A stretch of DNA of 20,000 nucleotides, from contig NKIB01012814.1 of the NCBI GenBank assembly GCA_002256025.1, forward strand, positions 50,071 to 70,070, given 5' to 3'. This document shows, in pieces, positions 10,783 to 20,000 of the stretch. Made by a program: the position numbers and the translations under genes. The stretch's first letter is position 1; each line of letters opens with the position of its first letter. The notes beneath the pieces are model-generated. The model saw only the letters and a program-made list of their open reading frames with translations. It searched no databases and had not been told where the DNA came from. This DNA comes from Asterionella formosa (Eukaryota).

Positions 10783-12282
10783 ATGTCTAGTTCTTCCAAC
10801 TCATCTCACAATTCACCCTCCTCTGAGGAGGATGATAGCATCTTGCAGCGTTCAGGAGATAGTTTGTCAGATGATAGTGCTTCCTCTTCTGGGAAAAAGG
10901 GGTAGACGCCATTAACTTTTCCATCCTGCCATTGTCACCTGCAGGCGACACTCCAGCATGCACTGACAATTTTCCTCTTCCCCATGGCGACACTCCTTGG
11001 TGCTGGGAACCGGACTCACCAGACTTATCATACAGACAATGACTGATTATACATTAGCTTGTCGCAAGGCTGTCAAGAAGATTTGGCCAAATGCCGAATT
11101 TACATTTGGTATGTGCTCTTATCATGCCTGGAATGCATGGGTAAAGAAGCATAGAGGAAAGTTCAAGAAATACGACAAAAACAAGAAGAGAATGGGTGAA
11201 GACTTCGAGGCGTATAAAAGAAGTCCCTGGATACAGCTAGTTCCAATCCTTCACGATTTGATGATTTTCAAGTGGATCAACACATACAAGGAAAAGGAAG
11301 TTGCAACTGCGTAGTTGACACAATGGGGTCCCACCATTCACACCAGAATTGAATTGAACATTTCCAATCTACTTCGTGGTGGTTTGCCTGCACACAACAA
11401 CAATTCAGAGGGCATCAACAGTGGTGATAAATCATTCTTTGACCATAGGAAGCCTTTAACAGCTTACTTCATTCATAACATGACTTACATGTTAGAGGAT
11501 TGTTCCAAAGGGGATCTATCATTTTGCTCCACTTTACACTCATCGGTACACTCGATAAATTTCTACAAGTCTATTTATAAGCTTCTTGAGAAAAGCCAAA
11601 ATGGGGAAGCTACATTTCTAACAGTGACATTTGATTTCAAGTGTGATTCAATTAGAATCGGAGAGGGTTCATTGTTGATTGCGACATCGTCATTTGTGGA
11701 CCTAAATATTATGTCCTCTATGCAAACAATGCAGTCCCAGAGTACTGCAACTGCATTGTCACAGCACAGTCAACTATCCCAATCTCGAAAGAGATATCTT
11801 TATATTGGGAACACAGAATCAGTTACTGCACTAACTGTTATGCAATTGATAAAGAAGAACAAAATGCATGATGAATACAAGAGCCTTCTCCGAAATCCTG
11901 AACAGTATTCTGCTAACCACACATTTGATGATGTCCTTTCCCTCACCTGCAGGTTTCACCTTATTGTATTGAACCTATTGTTTCCAAGAGTGAAAACTAT
12001 GATGTTGCTGTTACTAACTTTTTAGAAATTTTGGGAGCATGTGGATTGGGTTCCATTTCGATTAATAGCTTGAAAGCAATGGGCAATGAAGGCCTCATAT
12101 CTTGCCATTGTCATGCGTATTTAGCAAACGCGTGGTGTAAACATGCATGTGCTTTTGCATTTGACCATGGAATTATTTCTACCTTTCCAAAGACAATGCA
12201 TCCAAAGCCTAGTATTAAGAATAAAGGTTCTGGATGAATCAAAAATGTGAAATGTGTAGGTAACTTAGATATTAAAGGATGA
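10783..12282 (+). pseudogene. MULE transposase C-terminal half: second Asp, CxxH, catalytic Glu and SWIM finger
   Basis: ATG at 10783 opens the leader MSSSSNSSHNSPSSEEDDS. After frameshifts come WEPD../TMTDYTLACRKAVKKIWPNAEFTFGMCSYH (D at 11045, CxxH at 11114-11125) and PAHNNNSEGIN (E at 11408). The SWIM finger CHCHAYLANAWCKH lies at 12103-12144. The frame ends in TGA TAA at 12280-12285. It is disrupted by stops at 11312 and 12235 and by frameshifts near 10900, 11020 and 11970. Confidence 0.85.
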
Positions 12283-12351
12283 TAACGTGGAGGTAACTTA
12301 GATATCAAAGGATGATAACGTGGAAGTAACTTAGATATTAATAGATGATAA
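12259..12351. repeat. 33-bp tandem repeat, ~2.8 copies, at the 3' end of the plus-strand half-gene
   Basis: GGTAACTTAGATATYAAAGGATGATAACGTGGA occurs at 12259, 12292 and (partial, diverged) 12325. Confidence 0.95.
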
Positions 12352-12398
12352 ATTTAGAAAAGCACTAGTAGTAGTGCTGATTATAAAAGTTATCATTA

Positions 12399-13622
12399 CT
12401 AGATAGGAATATCATGAGTTTTCCTATATCTAACGAGCTCTTCCAAGGCAGACTGAATCGACGCAAATATGAATTTTTTGCGCTTTGTGGTGATCATGGC
12501 TTATCACTCCATATGCAATCGTTTTTGTTTGTTGAGCCAAGTTGGTTGTAATAACTGGAAAAACGCCGTTTCCTTCTTGTGTGAGTCTGTAAGATGCATC
12601 AGCAGCAAAGAAGATTGGATTGCCCCAGAATCGCTGTCAGTACGCATTCAGCAACAAATTCTCGGTTGTTAGTACAGCTACCAAAGAGTTGTCTTCTGGT
12701 CGACAGTCTATGCCAAGTAGGTACATCGAATGTTGCGTGAAATTAAAGATATTTCCCTTCTTATACGATTCAAGGACAGCAGCGATTCCTCCCCAGTTAT
12801 TGCCTTGACCATTTATTAGCCCAACCGATTTATTGCGTAAGCGAGTGAGTTGTCCTTTAATGCACTTTTTCAACTTTTCATCAACAGGAATTCCTTTTGC
12901 CCTATAGCCTCAGCAATGTAGCGTGCTGGTTTCATGTTCAATTTATTCGGGGAAGTAATTAACACAGACTGATAGTATTTGTGAATACGTTTCCTTATGC
13001 CATCCTTGACAACATTATGTTGTGTGTGTTTTAAGTCACCAATCTCAATTGTGGTCAAATTTGTTTTGGTATTGAATAATTCCCGAATTACAAAGGGACA
13101 TTTACAGGAATGGAAAAATGTGCATCTTTTCTTTGTAACTCTAATGCCGTCAGCTCTAAGGTATGGACGATCTTTTGATAACCACATGAGACTCCCGCCA
13201 CCTCCAAAATTCCGTTTTCCCAAATCGCAAAGGATACCTTCAACCTCCCCAATCTTGACATCCGTAGCAAAATAATTATTCACCCACACCTCGACTTTTG
13301 TATCATTTGGTGGATTGAAGAAACACAGTCATCAAGTGCTAAAAGAACCTCGCTTTCCAAGATACCAGGCTCTTCTGTGACAGTTCCCATTACACCTTCG
13401 ATTTCTTCGATATCACAGCTGTTGAAATCTTCCTCGTTACCCTCTTCAAATTTAGGCTATTTTTCGATACCAGAACTGTCAGTACTATCACTGTCGCTAT
13501 GACTGGGACTGTGATTGGGAATGTCATCTTCGTCAACCACTTCTTCGCTTTCTTCTGATATCTTCCATCCCAGTGGTTTTCAAACCACTGGGTCGGGATG
13601 TAAACAAGTTTCGTCTCAACAT
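12399..13622 (-). pseudogene. MULE transposase N-terminal half: acidic leader, WRKY/FAR1-like Zn domain and first catalytic Asp
   Basis: ATG at 13622 precedes an acidic stretch, EESEEVVDEDD...SDSDSTDSS. The Zn module KKRCTFFHSCKCPFVIRE...KHTQHN follows, then TTENLLLNAY*QRFWGNPIFFAADASYRLTQEG (D at 12600-12598) and TIAYGVISHD. After a 1-nt shift in an A run, it reads FIFASIQSALEELVRYRKTHDIPI and ends TAG TAA (12401-12396). It contains several stops and frameshifts. Confidence 0.85.
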
Positions 13623-13904
13623 GGAGGAGCGTCTATAATTTAATTTAATACCGGTATGTAGTTTTCTCCTCTATATCAACCCAAAAATTCCTTCCTTGGC
13701 GGTATATCAATGTGGGTACCGGTACATCGCTATGCATCCGATTTCTTGACAAAATGTACAGTAGTACAAATATATATTTATTTTTCGATATTCAATATAC
13801 TAAGTAAAAAGAGTCATTGATAATTTAGTTAGGAAAAGTTTTAATCATTGATAGAACTTATTATTGAATTGCTACAAATTTAGTCAAAAAAAGTAATCCC
13901 GAGT

Positions 13905-13970
13905 TCCCCTGACTAACTCATTATGCATTTTCCGACACTTTTATGCAAAAAGTGTAATAGACCCTCATGC
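13905..13970 (-). repeat. Right terminal inverted repeat of the MULE
   Basis: The reverse complement reads GCATGAGGGTCTAT-TACACTTTTTGCATAAAAGTGTCGGAAAATGCATAATGAGTTAGTCAGGGGA. The inner 52 bp pair with the left TIR. The outer boundary at 13970 is inferred. Confidence 0.85.
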
Positions 13971-14770
13971 TTCTTTGTGCATATCGCCTGCTATGCTGCG
14001 TTTCAATTCTAGATGTATTACATTCTTGTTAGAGAGAGGATGTTACGGAGAAGTAGATTGTGCTGTTCTATAATGGATGTTGTTTAGCTATGATCGAGGT
14101 TGTAACACTGATTGATGCTTTGGTGACAGACTGGCCGGAAATATTCGTCTTGTGTGATGAGCCATTTCGTTTTCATTGGATTTCTTTTCGAGCTCTTCAC
14201 GAATTGCATACGAACATACTGTGCAATGTAGATGATGATTCATCGAAGACATAAGATGACTTGGACGACAAAAGAAGATTTATCACAAACACTCGTTCCT
14301 CTCGACATGGCTGGGCTGCTTTGTCGTTGTTGCAAGAATCAGAGTGAGGACTGGCGAGGATGATGAGCCAAACCACATTACTCTAGCTGGTACATTATCC
14401 TACTAAGAAATATAAATAAAGGAAGCAACCTAAAAGAAACAATACATATAATAACTAAATTTCCAAAGTCAAAAGGGTTACTATTTAAATTACGAGGGCA
14501 TTTATCAAAATTATAAGATGATATAACGAAAAATTATGATCAGATGATCATAATCCTATGATGCATCATAGTAATATGATGATTTTTATTTGCAGACGAT
14601 GCCACGTTCCAGTGGTGGTCGTCTCATTTCCGAAATTGGAGTTGGTGGTAAAGGAGGACAAAATATAGTCGCCAATTAAAATCAGAATTGGTGGACCTCT
14701 AAAATGCCTTTTCTTCCCCCTAAAAGAACACATCACCAATTGAAACATACTCTCAACTGAATTTCAATCA

Positions 14771-15715
14771 TATAATCGACTTTAATTCATTATCGAAACT
14801 GCCGCAGGAAGATATGTACTGCAAAAGTTGTGTGAATAATTTGTAAAAGAATATTGCAAACAATCACTTCATGACTTTGTAACTTCCTTTGCATCAAATC
14901 GAAAGCAAAAGCTGTCCTTCGAACAGCAATGTGAAGCATTTCTAGACCAGGATGTGTTTGACAATCCGATTTCAACAATGAACCAACCGTTGATTGTTGT
15001 CTCTACCAAAAATTACGGTTTTGCAAGCCAATTCAAAGTCTCCTGCTTGACCTCTTGTCAGAAACTGATTTCTAAAATTGAATCTGCAAGAAGCAACAGC
15101 AATGGAGACAGAAATGATGAGATAGGAAATAGTGCAATAGAAGCAAAAGTATTTTCTATCAACAAACAGTTTATCTTGGGTTTTCACGAAGCCGGAATGG
15201 GACCGGCTGATACAGATATATCTGCTCCGCAATGGACTTTCCACTTACCTTTGGATTTTGGTCTACAAAAGGTAATTTCGGTGATGTAGAGAAACTGGTC
15301 GGAAAGGTTGAAGTTGCTGCAACCGCTCTTGTAATGAAAGAAGCGTGCCAGGAAGAAATATATCAGACACTCAATGTGCATGAACGAGAAGACTGGGCTG
15401 ACAAAGGACGTGATTTTCAGTGGTGGAACAGTCTTGCTGCTATGGACCGCTTGTCTGTACTGAATATGTTGCAACTCACAGCTAGTTACAATAGGGGATG
15501 GCATCAGCGGTCCAACGGGAATAAGTATAACTCAGTAAGATGTCATGCTTTTTGTATTTGCGGCTACACGAAAAAATACTAGACTACAGAGTGAAATCTG
15601 AAGTCTGTAATGCGTGCGACAGGGCTGTACGGTTCAAGAAACCAACACCAAGGAACATGTTTGTCCCAAGAATCATGTAACTGGTACTAGTTCAAAGGCA
15701 ATGGAAGCAGAGGTC
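14771..15715 (+). pseudogene. Truncated, frameshifted Mutator-like (Phantom-type) transposase of a second family
   Basis: Successive fragments read IIDFNSLSK...YCKSC, YGFASQFKVSC, FSINKQFILGFHEAGMG, LTASYNRGWHQRSNGNKYNSVRCHAFCICGYTKK, ILDYRVKSEVCNAC and HVCPKNHVTGTSSKAMEAE. This follows the D-x-x-W-x-x-R...S-x-x-GH...CxxC...HxCxxN...SSxxME pattern of that family. The first Asp position reads Asn, and similarity ends before the remaining catalytic residues. Confidence 0.8.
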
Positions 15716-15815
15716 ACAACTTCAGCTTCACCCCTCATCATCGCTCTCAGTGTACATCTAGCCTACCTGGTACATTGCATCAGATAGTGAATACCAGTAG
15801 TTTATATTCTACAAC

Positions 15816-16280
15816 ATGCCCACCACTCAGACCATCATTCACAACGGACTATTTTGGTTCTTGACAGTGACAACGCTCATGAGCGGTGGACTGGGATTCC
15901 TTCTCAAGATCGACGCATTTTACAACCCCGACGTCTACTTAGTCTACAATTCTCAAGGAGACCTGCTCCCAGGGGACGGGACGACACCCTTTGAAGTCTG
16001 CGCCCACTATGTTATTGGTATTGCATATGTTGGCCCAATATTGGGCATGCTGTACGCCAAGCTGGAGGGATCTGCAGCAGCAAAGAAAGCCGCGTCCGTA
16101 TTTCCTCTCGCTTATCACTGTTCCATGATTCCTGGAGTGGTGCTTGTGTTTTCGCACGCTTTGGACCAAGAGAAGGCCCCGCTGGGTGCAGCTGTGTCAA
16201 TGCATGCTTTATTCGCTGCCTTGTTTTATGTCTTTTATCAGACTGCTGAGAATGATCCCAAGGCTAATAAAGTGGCGTAA
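15816..16280 (+). CDS. Small integral membrane protein (154 aa, ~4 hydrophobic segments), function unknown
   Basis: Intact ATG-TAA ORF with a good start context (ACAACATG) and higher GC than its flanks. Hydrophobic helices fall at roughly aa 11-31, 62-80, 94-112 and 121-140. Confidence 0.8.
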   Translation: MPTTQTIIHNGLFWFLTVTTLMSGGLGFLLKIDAFYNPDVYLVYNSQGDLLPGDGTTPFEVCAHYVIGIAYVGPILGMLYAKLEGSAAAKKAASVFPLAYHCSMIPGVVLVFSHALDQEKAPLGAAVSMHALFAALFYVFYQTAENDPKANKVA

Positions 16281-16744
16281 GACGAGAGAAGATAAGGAAC
16301 AATAATTATACATTTTGAATATTTCCAGTCAACGTTGTGGAGCCAATTACCGGTCCATATTCTTGTGATGCCCTGATGGGATAGCCTAAGCTGCCCCGCA
16401 GTCGCGATTGGTCAAGACTTGAATGTTTATGCCTTTCTTGAATTCAATCTCAAACAAAGGTTTTTAGATTTAAGTAACTTTCACTTTGACTAAGCGCCAT
16501 GGAGGCTGTTTGGAGTTTGTTAACTCTTGGTCCATTTCTTCCCTACACGTAGTCGTGTGTTGATTAGCTAAAAAGCAGGACTGCCACTTTTTGAAAGCTT
16601 ATGCATGCGAGCTTAAATAAGGTACGTCGACTATTCCTACATTTTTCGGCAAGAATACAAATCACTTCTCATGAGCGCAAGATACAACCTTTATAAACAT
16701 CCTTGACTGAACGTTTGGGCGCTAAACTTTTATCATATGAGAAC

Positions 16745-19111
16745 TTAGTCTATGGACTTGCGTACCATCGCCAGGAGACGCTTCTTTTCCAAAAGTAGGT
16801 CGCCATATTTCGTTTGAGCATGGGATTCAGATGCTTCCAACAAGCCGATATCAACCTTCAGCGCTTCGAGGCGCATTGAAGCCCCACGAACTTCGTGAGA
16901 TTGCAGGTTGAGAAAGACTGATTCTTCAATGCGCAGATTCTGAAGAACTGCAAAGTCCTGCAAAATGGTATCCAGGAACACTAAAGCTCTTTTTGCATAT
17001 CCACCATTCTTGACAGAGACTCTGTTTTCGACCCTGTCGTTCTTTTTGCTCAACACAGCAGTCGCACTTTTCAATGCATCGACCTCGGCTTTCATCGCAG
17101 CAACTACATTTTTGTCATCCAGTGCTGACGTCAACCCGGACATACCAAATACGGCATCTTTTGCACCTTGAATCGATACTTCAATTGTCGCGCGGACAAG
17201 GCCATCTATGGCATCGTGTTCATGTGCAAATTTTCCACTTGCCATGGCACAGGTAAGCTGTGTCGATAAAAGTTGGTCGGACTCAATTTGTATTGCTAAC
17301 TTGGCGTCGTTCAATGCACTTTCTGGAATGTAGTCCAGTGGTGTCTCCATAGGCAAATTATCCTGATTTCTTTTCTTTGCTCGTTTTTCGCCGCCAGCGT
17401 CCATAGGAAAAGCATATGCATCATGTTTCAACAAGAGCAAGCGTTCATCTTGAATCAACAGTTCCGCCACACTCGACGCTTCCACAGTCGATTCTGGAAT
17501 GATGCTAGTTGGTCGAGGTAGATCGGTACGTTTGACTACACTAGATCTCGCTGCATAAAGAATTTCTGATTCTTTGCGACGTCTCTCTCGCTCCGCAGCA
17601 TCAACATCAGCATGATCCGCATCATCCGTGACTGTGCCCACCAACGTACTGTCGATGTCGCCTGCATCAATAGGTGCAGACAATTCATATTCAAACTGGG
17701 GTGCTGGTAGAGCCGCTAGGGCGTCTTCCAGTTCCTTTCGGGCTCGCTTACTAGCTCGACGTTCCTCGCGCGCCATGTCCCGAATCGACATAGTTGACGA
17801 AGCAAAGGTAGATCCTCCCACTGACACTGCATCATCGTCCACCTTATGGAGACGAAATTCATCTCTTGCGGAAGGACGCGGCGTGACGTTAGGCTTGCTT
17901 TCCATAGAAATGTTGGTCTTGGCAATCGGAGCTTCATGACTGTCGAAAAAATCCCCACTAAGCAATGGCGTCTGTGCCTGTTCTAAGGCTCGCAATTGGC
18001 TAGCCTGATTTAACAATGACTCATGAGTGTTTGTTCTGACACCTGCTACGGGTGTCCTCATCGGAGTGGGCAGAGGACGACCACTGTAATCACCAAGTAA
18101 GGCTTCCGTAGCAGACGAACTTCCAATTATTGCTGTAACATGTTGCTGTAAAAATTCCAGCTTGGCCATTTTATGCAATTCTAAATCGCTCACACTTGGA
18201 GCTGGCAATTCCAATACGCCACGCTTCCGAGTATTTAGGGGATCGGCTGTCTTACTTACTGCCGCCACTGCATATTGCATGTTACTCCTTTCCAAGTTTT
18301 GCAGCCTCGCCTCTTCTCGTTTCTTGGCCTGTAGGGCCTCGCGATCCCTAGTCCTAAATTGGTTTTCATTGAGCTCCTTAAAGTCGACGCTTTTTACCCT
18401 CTTTTGGCGTAAAATTTCAGCTGTCATGCTCTCCTCGGAAGTGTCGTGAAATCCTGCTGGAGCGGGCTTGTGAAAGGGTATCTCCACTCCCAAATCAATC
18501 TCTCTTTTGTTGCGCGTCTTGCTCCTCGCTGCAGAACTCAACAATCCTGCCTGCTTCAACTCCCTCCTCTTTTGTAAATCCGCCAATCGCTTTGCTTGCG
18601 CCAAAAGCTTCTCTCTTGCTTTGCGCTTAGCCTTCTTTCCCTGGGTGTTGGCGAGACGGGCTCTGGCTTCTTGGAGCATCTCGATCTCGTCCTCATCCAT
18701 GTCCACAGGGTCTGGCCTGGCTGGCTTCGTTTCCGGGGCCGAGTCAATCTGGCCGGGTTGAAAATTGGTAGAGCGAGCCTCTGATCCAGCTGCTGCATCC
18801 AGTAATTGCTCGTAGTGCTCTTGGCATTGCGCAGCAGTACGCCCCACCAGAGGGCCAATTGTCTTCCATTGAGCCGGCATGAGTTTGGCGAGATGAAGTA
18901 GTTTCTCTTCTTCCTGTCGACTCCATTCCACTTTCCGAACTGAAGGATCGAGCCACTCGTGCCACCTAGCCTTGGCTTGTTTTGCAGATTTGCGATTCAA
19001 GAGTGATGCAACCCGAGCCCAATTTTGTTTGCCGTACTTCATCACCGCGGCCTTGAGGATTTCATCTTCGGAGTTCTTCCAGACGCCGCCTTTTATGAAA
19101 ACTTTCACCAT
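16745..19111 (-). CDS. CDC5: Pre-mRNA splicing factor CDC5/CEF1 (CDC5L), 788 aa, intronless
   Basis: MVKVFIKGGVWKNSEDEILKAAVMKYGKQNWARVASLL...WHEWLDP...EWSRQEEEKLLHLAKLMPAQW gives two Myb repeats. PETKPARPDPVDMDEDEIEMLQEARARLANTQGKKAKRKARE and EIPFHKPAPAGFHD are CDC5 hallmarks. The true ATG is at 19111; the ORF track's 19138 start is a TTG. Confidence 0.98.
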   Translation of the reverse strand: MVKVFIKGGVWKNSEDEILKAAVMKYGKQNWARVASLLNRKSAKQAKARWHEWLDPSVRKVEWSRQEEEKLLHLAKLMPAQWKTIGPLVGRTAAQCQEHYEQLLDAAAGSEARSTNFQPGQIDSAPETKPARPDPVDMDEDEIEMLQEARARLANTQGKKAKRKAREKLLAQAKRLADLQKRRELKQAGLLSSAARSKTRNKREIDLGVEIPFHKPAPAGFHDTSEESMTAEILRQKRVKSVDFKELNENQFRTRDREALQAKKREEARLQNLERSNMQYAVAAVSKTADPLNTRKRGVLELPAPSVSDLELHKMAKLEFLQQHVTAIIGSSSATEALLGDYSGRPLPTPMRTPVAGVRTNTHESLLNQASQLRALEQAQTPLLSGDFFDSHEAPIAKTNISMESKPNVTPRPSARDEFRLHKVDDDAVSVGGSTFASSTMSIRDMAREERRASKRARKELEDALAALPAPQFEYELSAPIDAGDIDSTLVGTVTDDADHADVDAAERERRRKESEILYAARSSVVKRTDLPRPTSIIPESTVEASSVAELLIQDERLLLLKHDAYAFPMDAGGEKRAKKRNQDNLPMETPLDYIPESALNDAKLAIQIESDQLLSTQLTCAMASGKFAHEHDAIDGLVRATIEVSIQGAKDAVFGMSGLTSALDDKNVVAAMKAEVDALKSATAVLSKKNDRVENRVSVKNGGYAKRALVFLDTILQDFAVLQNLRIEESVFLNLQSHEVRGASMRLEALKVDIGLLEASESHAQTKYGDLLLEKKRLLAMVRKSID

Positions 19112-19746
19112 TTTCAGATAAGCTGTGCGTAAGTACAACAGCGAAATGTGAAGGAGACGAGAATGAATGCAAGGGTAGCCTAGTTCCAGTGAAGTCTAAT
19201 AACATCCCTCGCCTCTGCCTGCATCTGTACATACAAGATGTGATTCATGGGTTTGAAATCATCATCGCCACATCGCCCGCCACGCCCAGAGGGGCTGAAG
19301 GTTATATAACTTGTAAGAAATCAGCTGTTTACTAGTCCTGATAGCTCATAAATTTTCTAATGAATCGATGCTATTTGTCTTATTTATTTTCATCAATTAA
19401 GCTACCGGTACCTGCAGGTTGCACACACTATTGCAGCAATTCCGGCTCCAGCTACCAGTATCATCTTGCCACTCGGGTACTTCTTATTCACACCCTGAAT
19501 TTTAGGTCAAACCGACACCTAAAAATTGGTCAGTACAAAATGTACACACGAGAATGACTTCTACCTCGGGCAGACCACACCCATCCATACAACCCTAATA
19601 AAGAAAGCACTGATATTATGCTTCACCTCGTGAAATTTCAATAAATAGCTAATATAGTACTGGTATGTCTACTTCAATAATTGGATAGCATTTATATGAA
19701 TTTTTAAGATAATTAATTCACCTAAACCTCTTGACCAACTCCATGT

Positions 19747-20000
19747 TCAAAGGCATTGCTTGTCAGAAATCTGATTGGTACTGAAGAAATGCGGCTTTGC
19801 ACCAACACGAACCTTGTTAGGCATGATTCTGAGATAGGTAGGCCACTTTGTGCGCTCTAGATGCCGGCGTTGGCCCTTTGGAGTAAATGTAGGAACTCCC
19901 AATGAACTAGCCACAATATCAAATGCTTTCCTACAATGCAAATCTGACATCTCCTGATGTAGCAACCCTTTTTCATGTGCAGCCAAATCTAACCTCCTCA
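19747..20000 (-). CDS. 3' end of an ORF entering from beyond the window; unknown, possibly transposon-derived
   Basis: The frame is open from the window edge (RRLDLAAHEKGLLHQEMSD...KGQRRHLERTKWPTYLRIM...) to the stop at 19747. The composition is protein-like. Confidence 0.35.
   Translation of the reverse strand, partial: RRLDLAAHEKGLLHQEMSDLHCRKAFDIVASSLGVPTFTPKGQRRHLERTKWPTYLRIMPNKVRVGAKPHFFSTNQISDKQCL

Larger units (their letters stand above)
9869..13970. mobile_element. Mutator-like DNA transposon (MULE), ~4.1 kb, with TIRs and two convergent transposase half-genes; decayed copy
   Basis: Imperfect TIRs at 9894-9945 and 13905-13956 (46/52 identical). Internal MULE motifs include a WRKY/FAR1-like Zn domain, the D, D, CxxH and E catalytic motifs, and a SWIM finger. 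Confidence 0.88.

Noticed and set aside
10997..12873. Stop-codon reassignment or readthrough explaining the in-frame stops
   Set aside because: Both TAG and TGA stops occur alongside frameshifts, and the host genes are open in the standard code. Pseudogenisation is simpler.
13980..14400. Continuation of the Tc1-like fragment on the far side of the MULE
   Set aside because: Manual translation gave no convincing transposase motif.
16965..18965. Numerous short ORFs within CDC5
   Set aside because: These are shadow ORFs of a conserved gene.
19112..19138. N-terminal extension MYLRTAYLK of CDC5
   Set aside because: It begins at TTG. The ATG at 19111 matches the conserved CDC5 N-terminus.
19747..20000. 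Assignment to a Crypton/GCR1_C-type tail
   Set aside because: Only a vague RR...W.T resemblance in a short partial ORF, so it is left as unknown.

Overview
Eukaryotic genomic DNA, most likely a diatom or other stramenopile (inferred from the intronless genes, protein character and ~80-100 nt intron-like signals). Host genes sit at the ends: a LAG1/TLC-domain ceramide synthase (minus strand, 1226 to <1, absent from the ORF track because it runs off the window), a 154-aa membrane protein (15816-16280) and CDC5/CEF1 (19111-16745). Between them is a ~14 kb island of transposon relics and repeats. It holds two related ~190-200 bp tandem arrays (4524-7175), several decayed DNA-transposase fragments, and a ~4.1 kb TIR-bounded Mutator-like element (MULE, ~9869/9894-13970). 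The main finding is that this MULE's transposase appears split into two convergent genes. The minus-strand gene carries the WRKY/FAR1-like Zn domain and the first catalytic Asp. The plus-strand gene carries the second Asp, CxxH, the catalytic Glu and a SWIM finger. Each half has a plausible start, an acidic leader and a double stop codon. This copy is pseudogenised. All family assignments come from manual translation and motif recognition; no database search was run.
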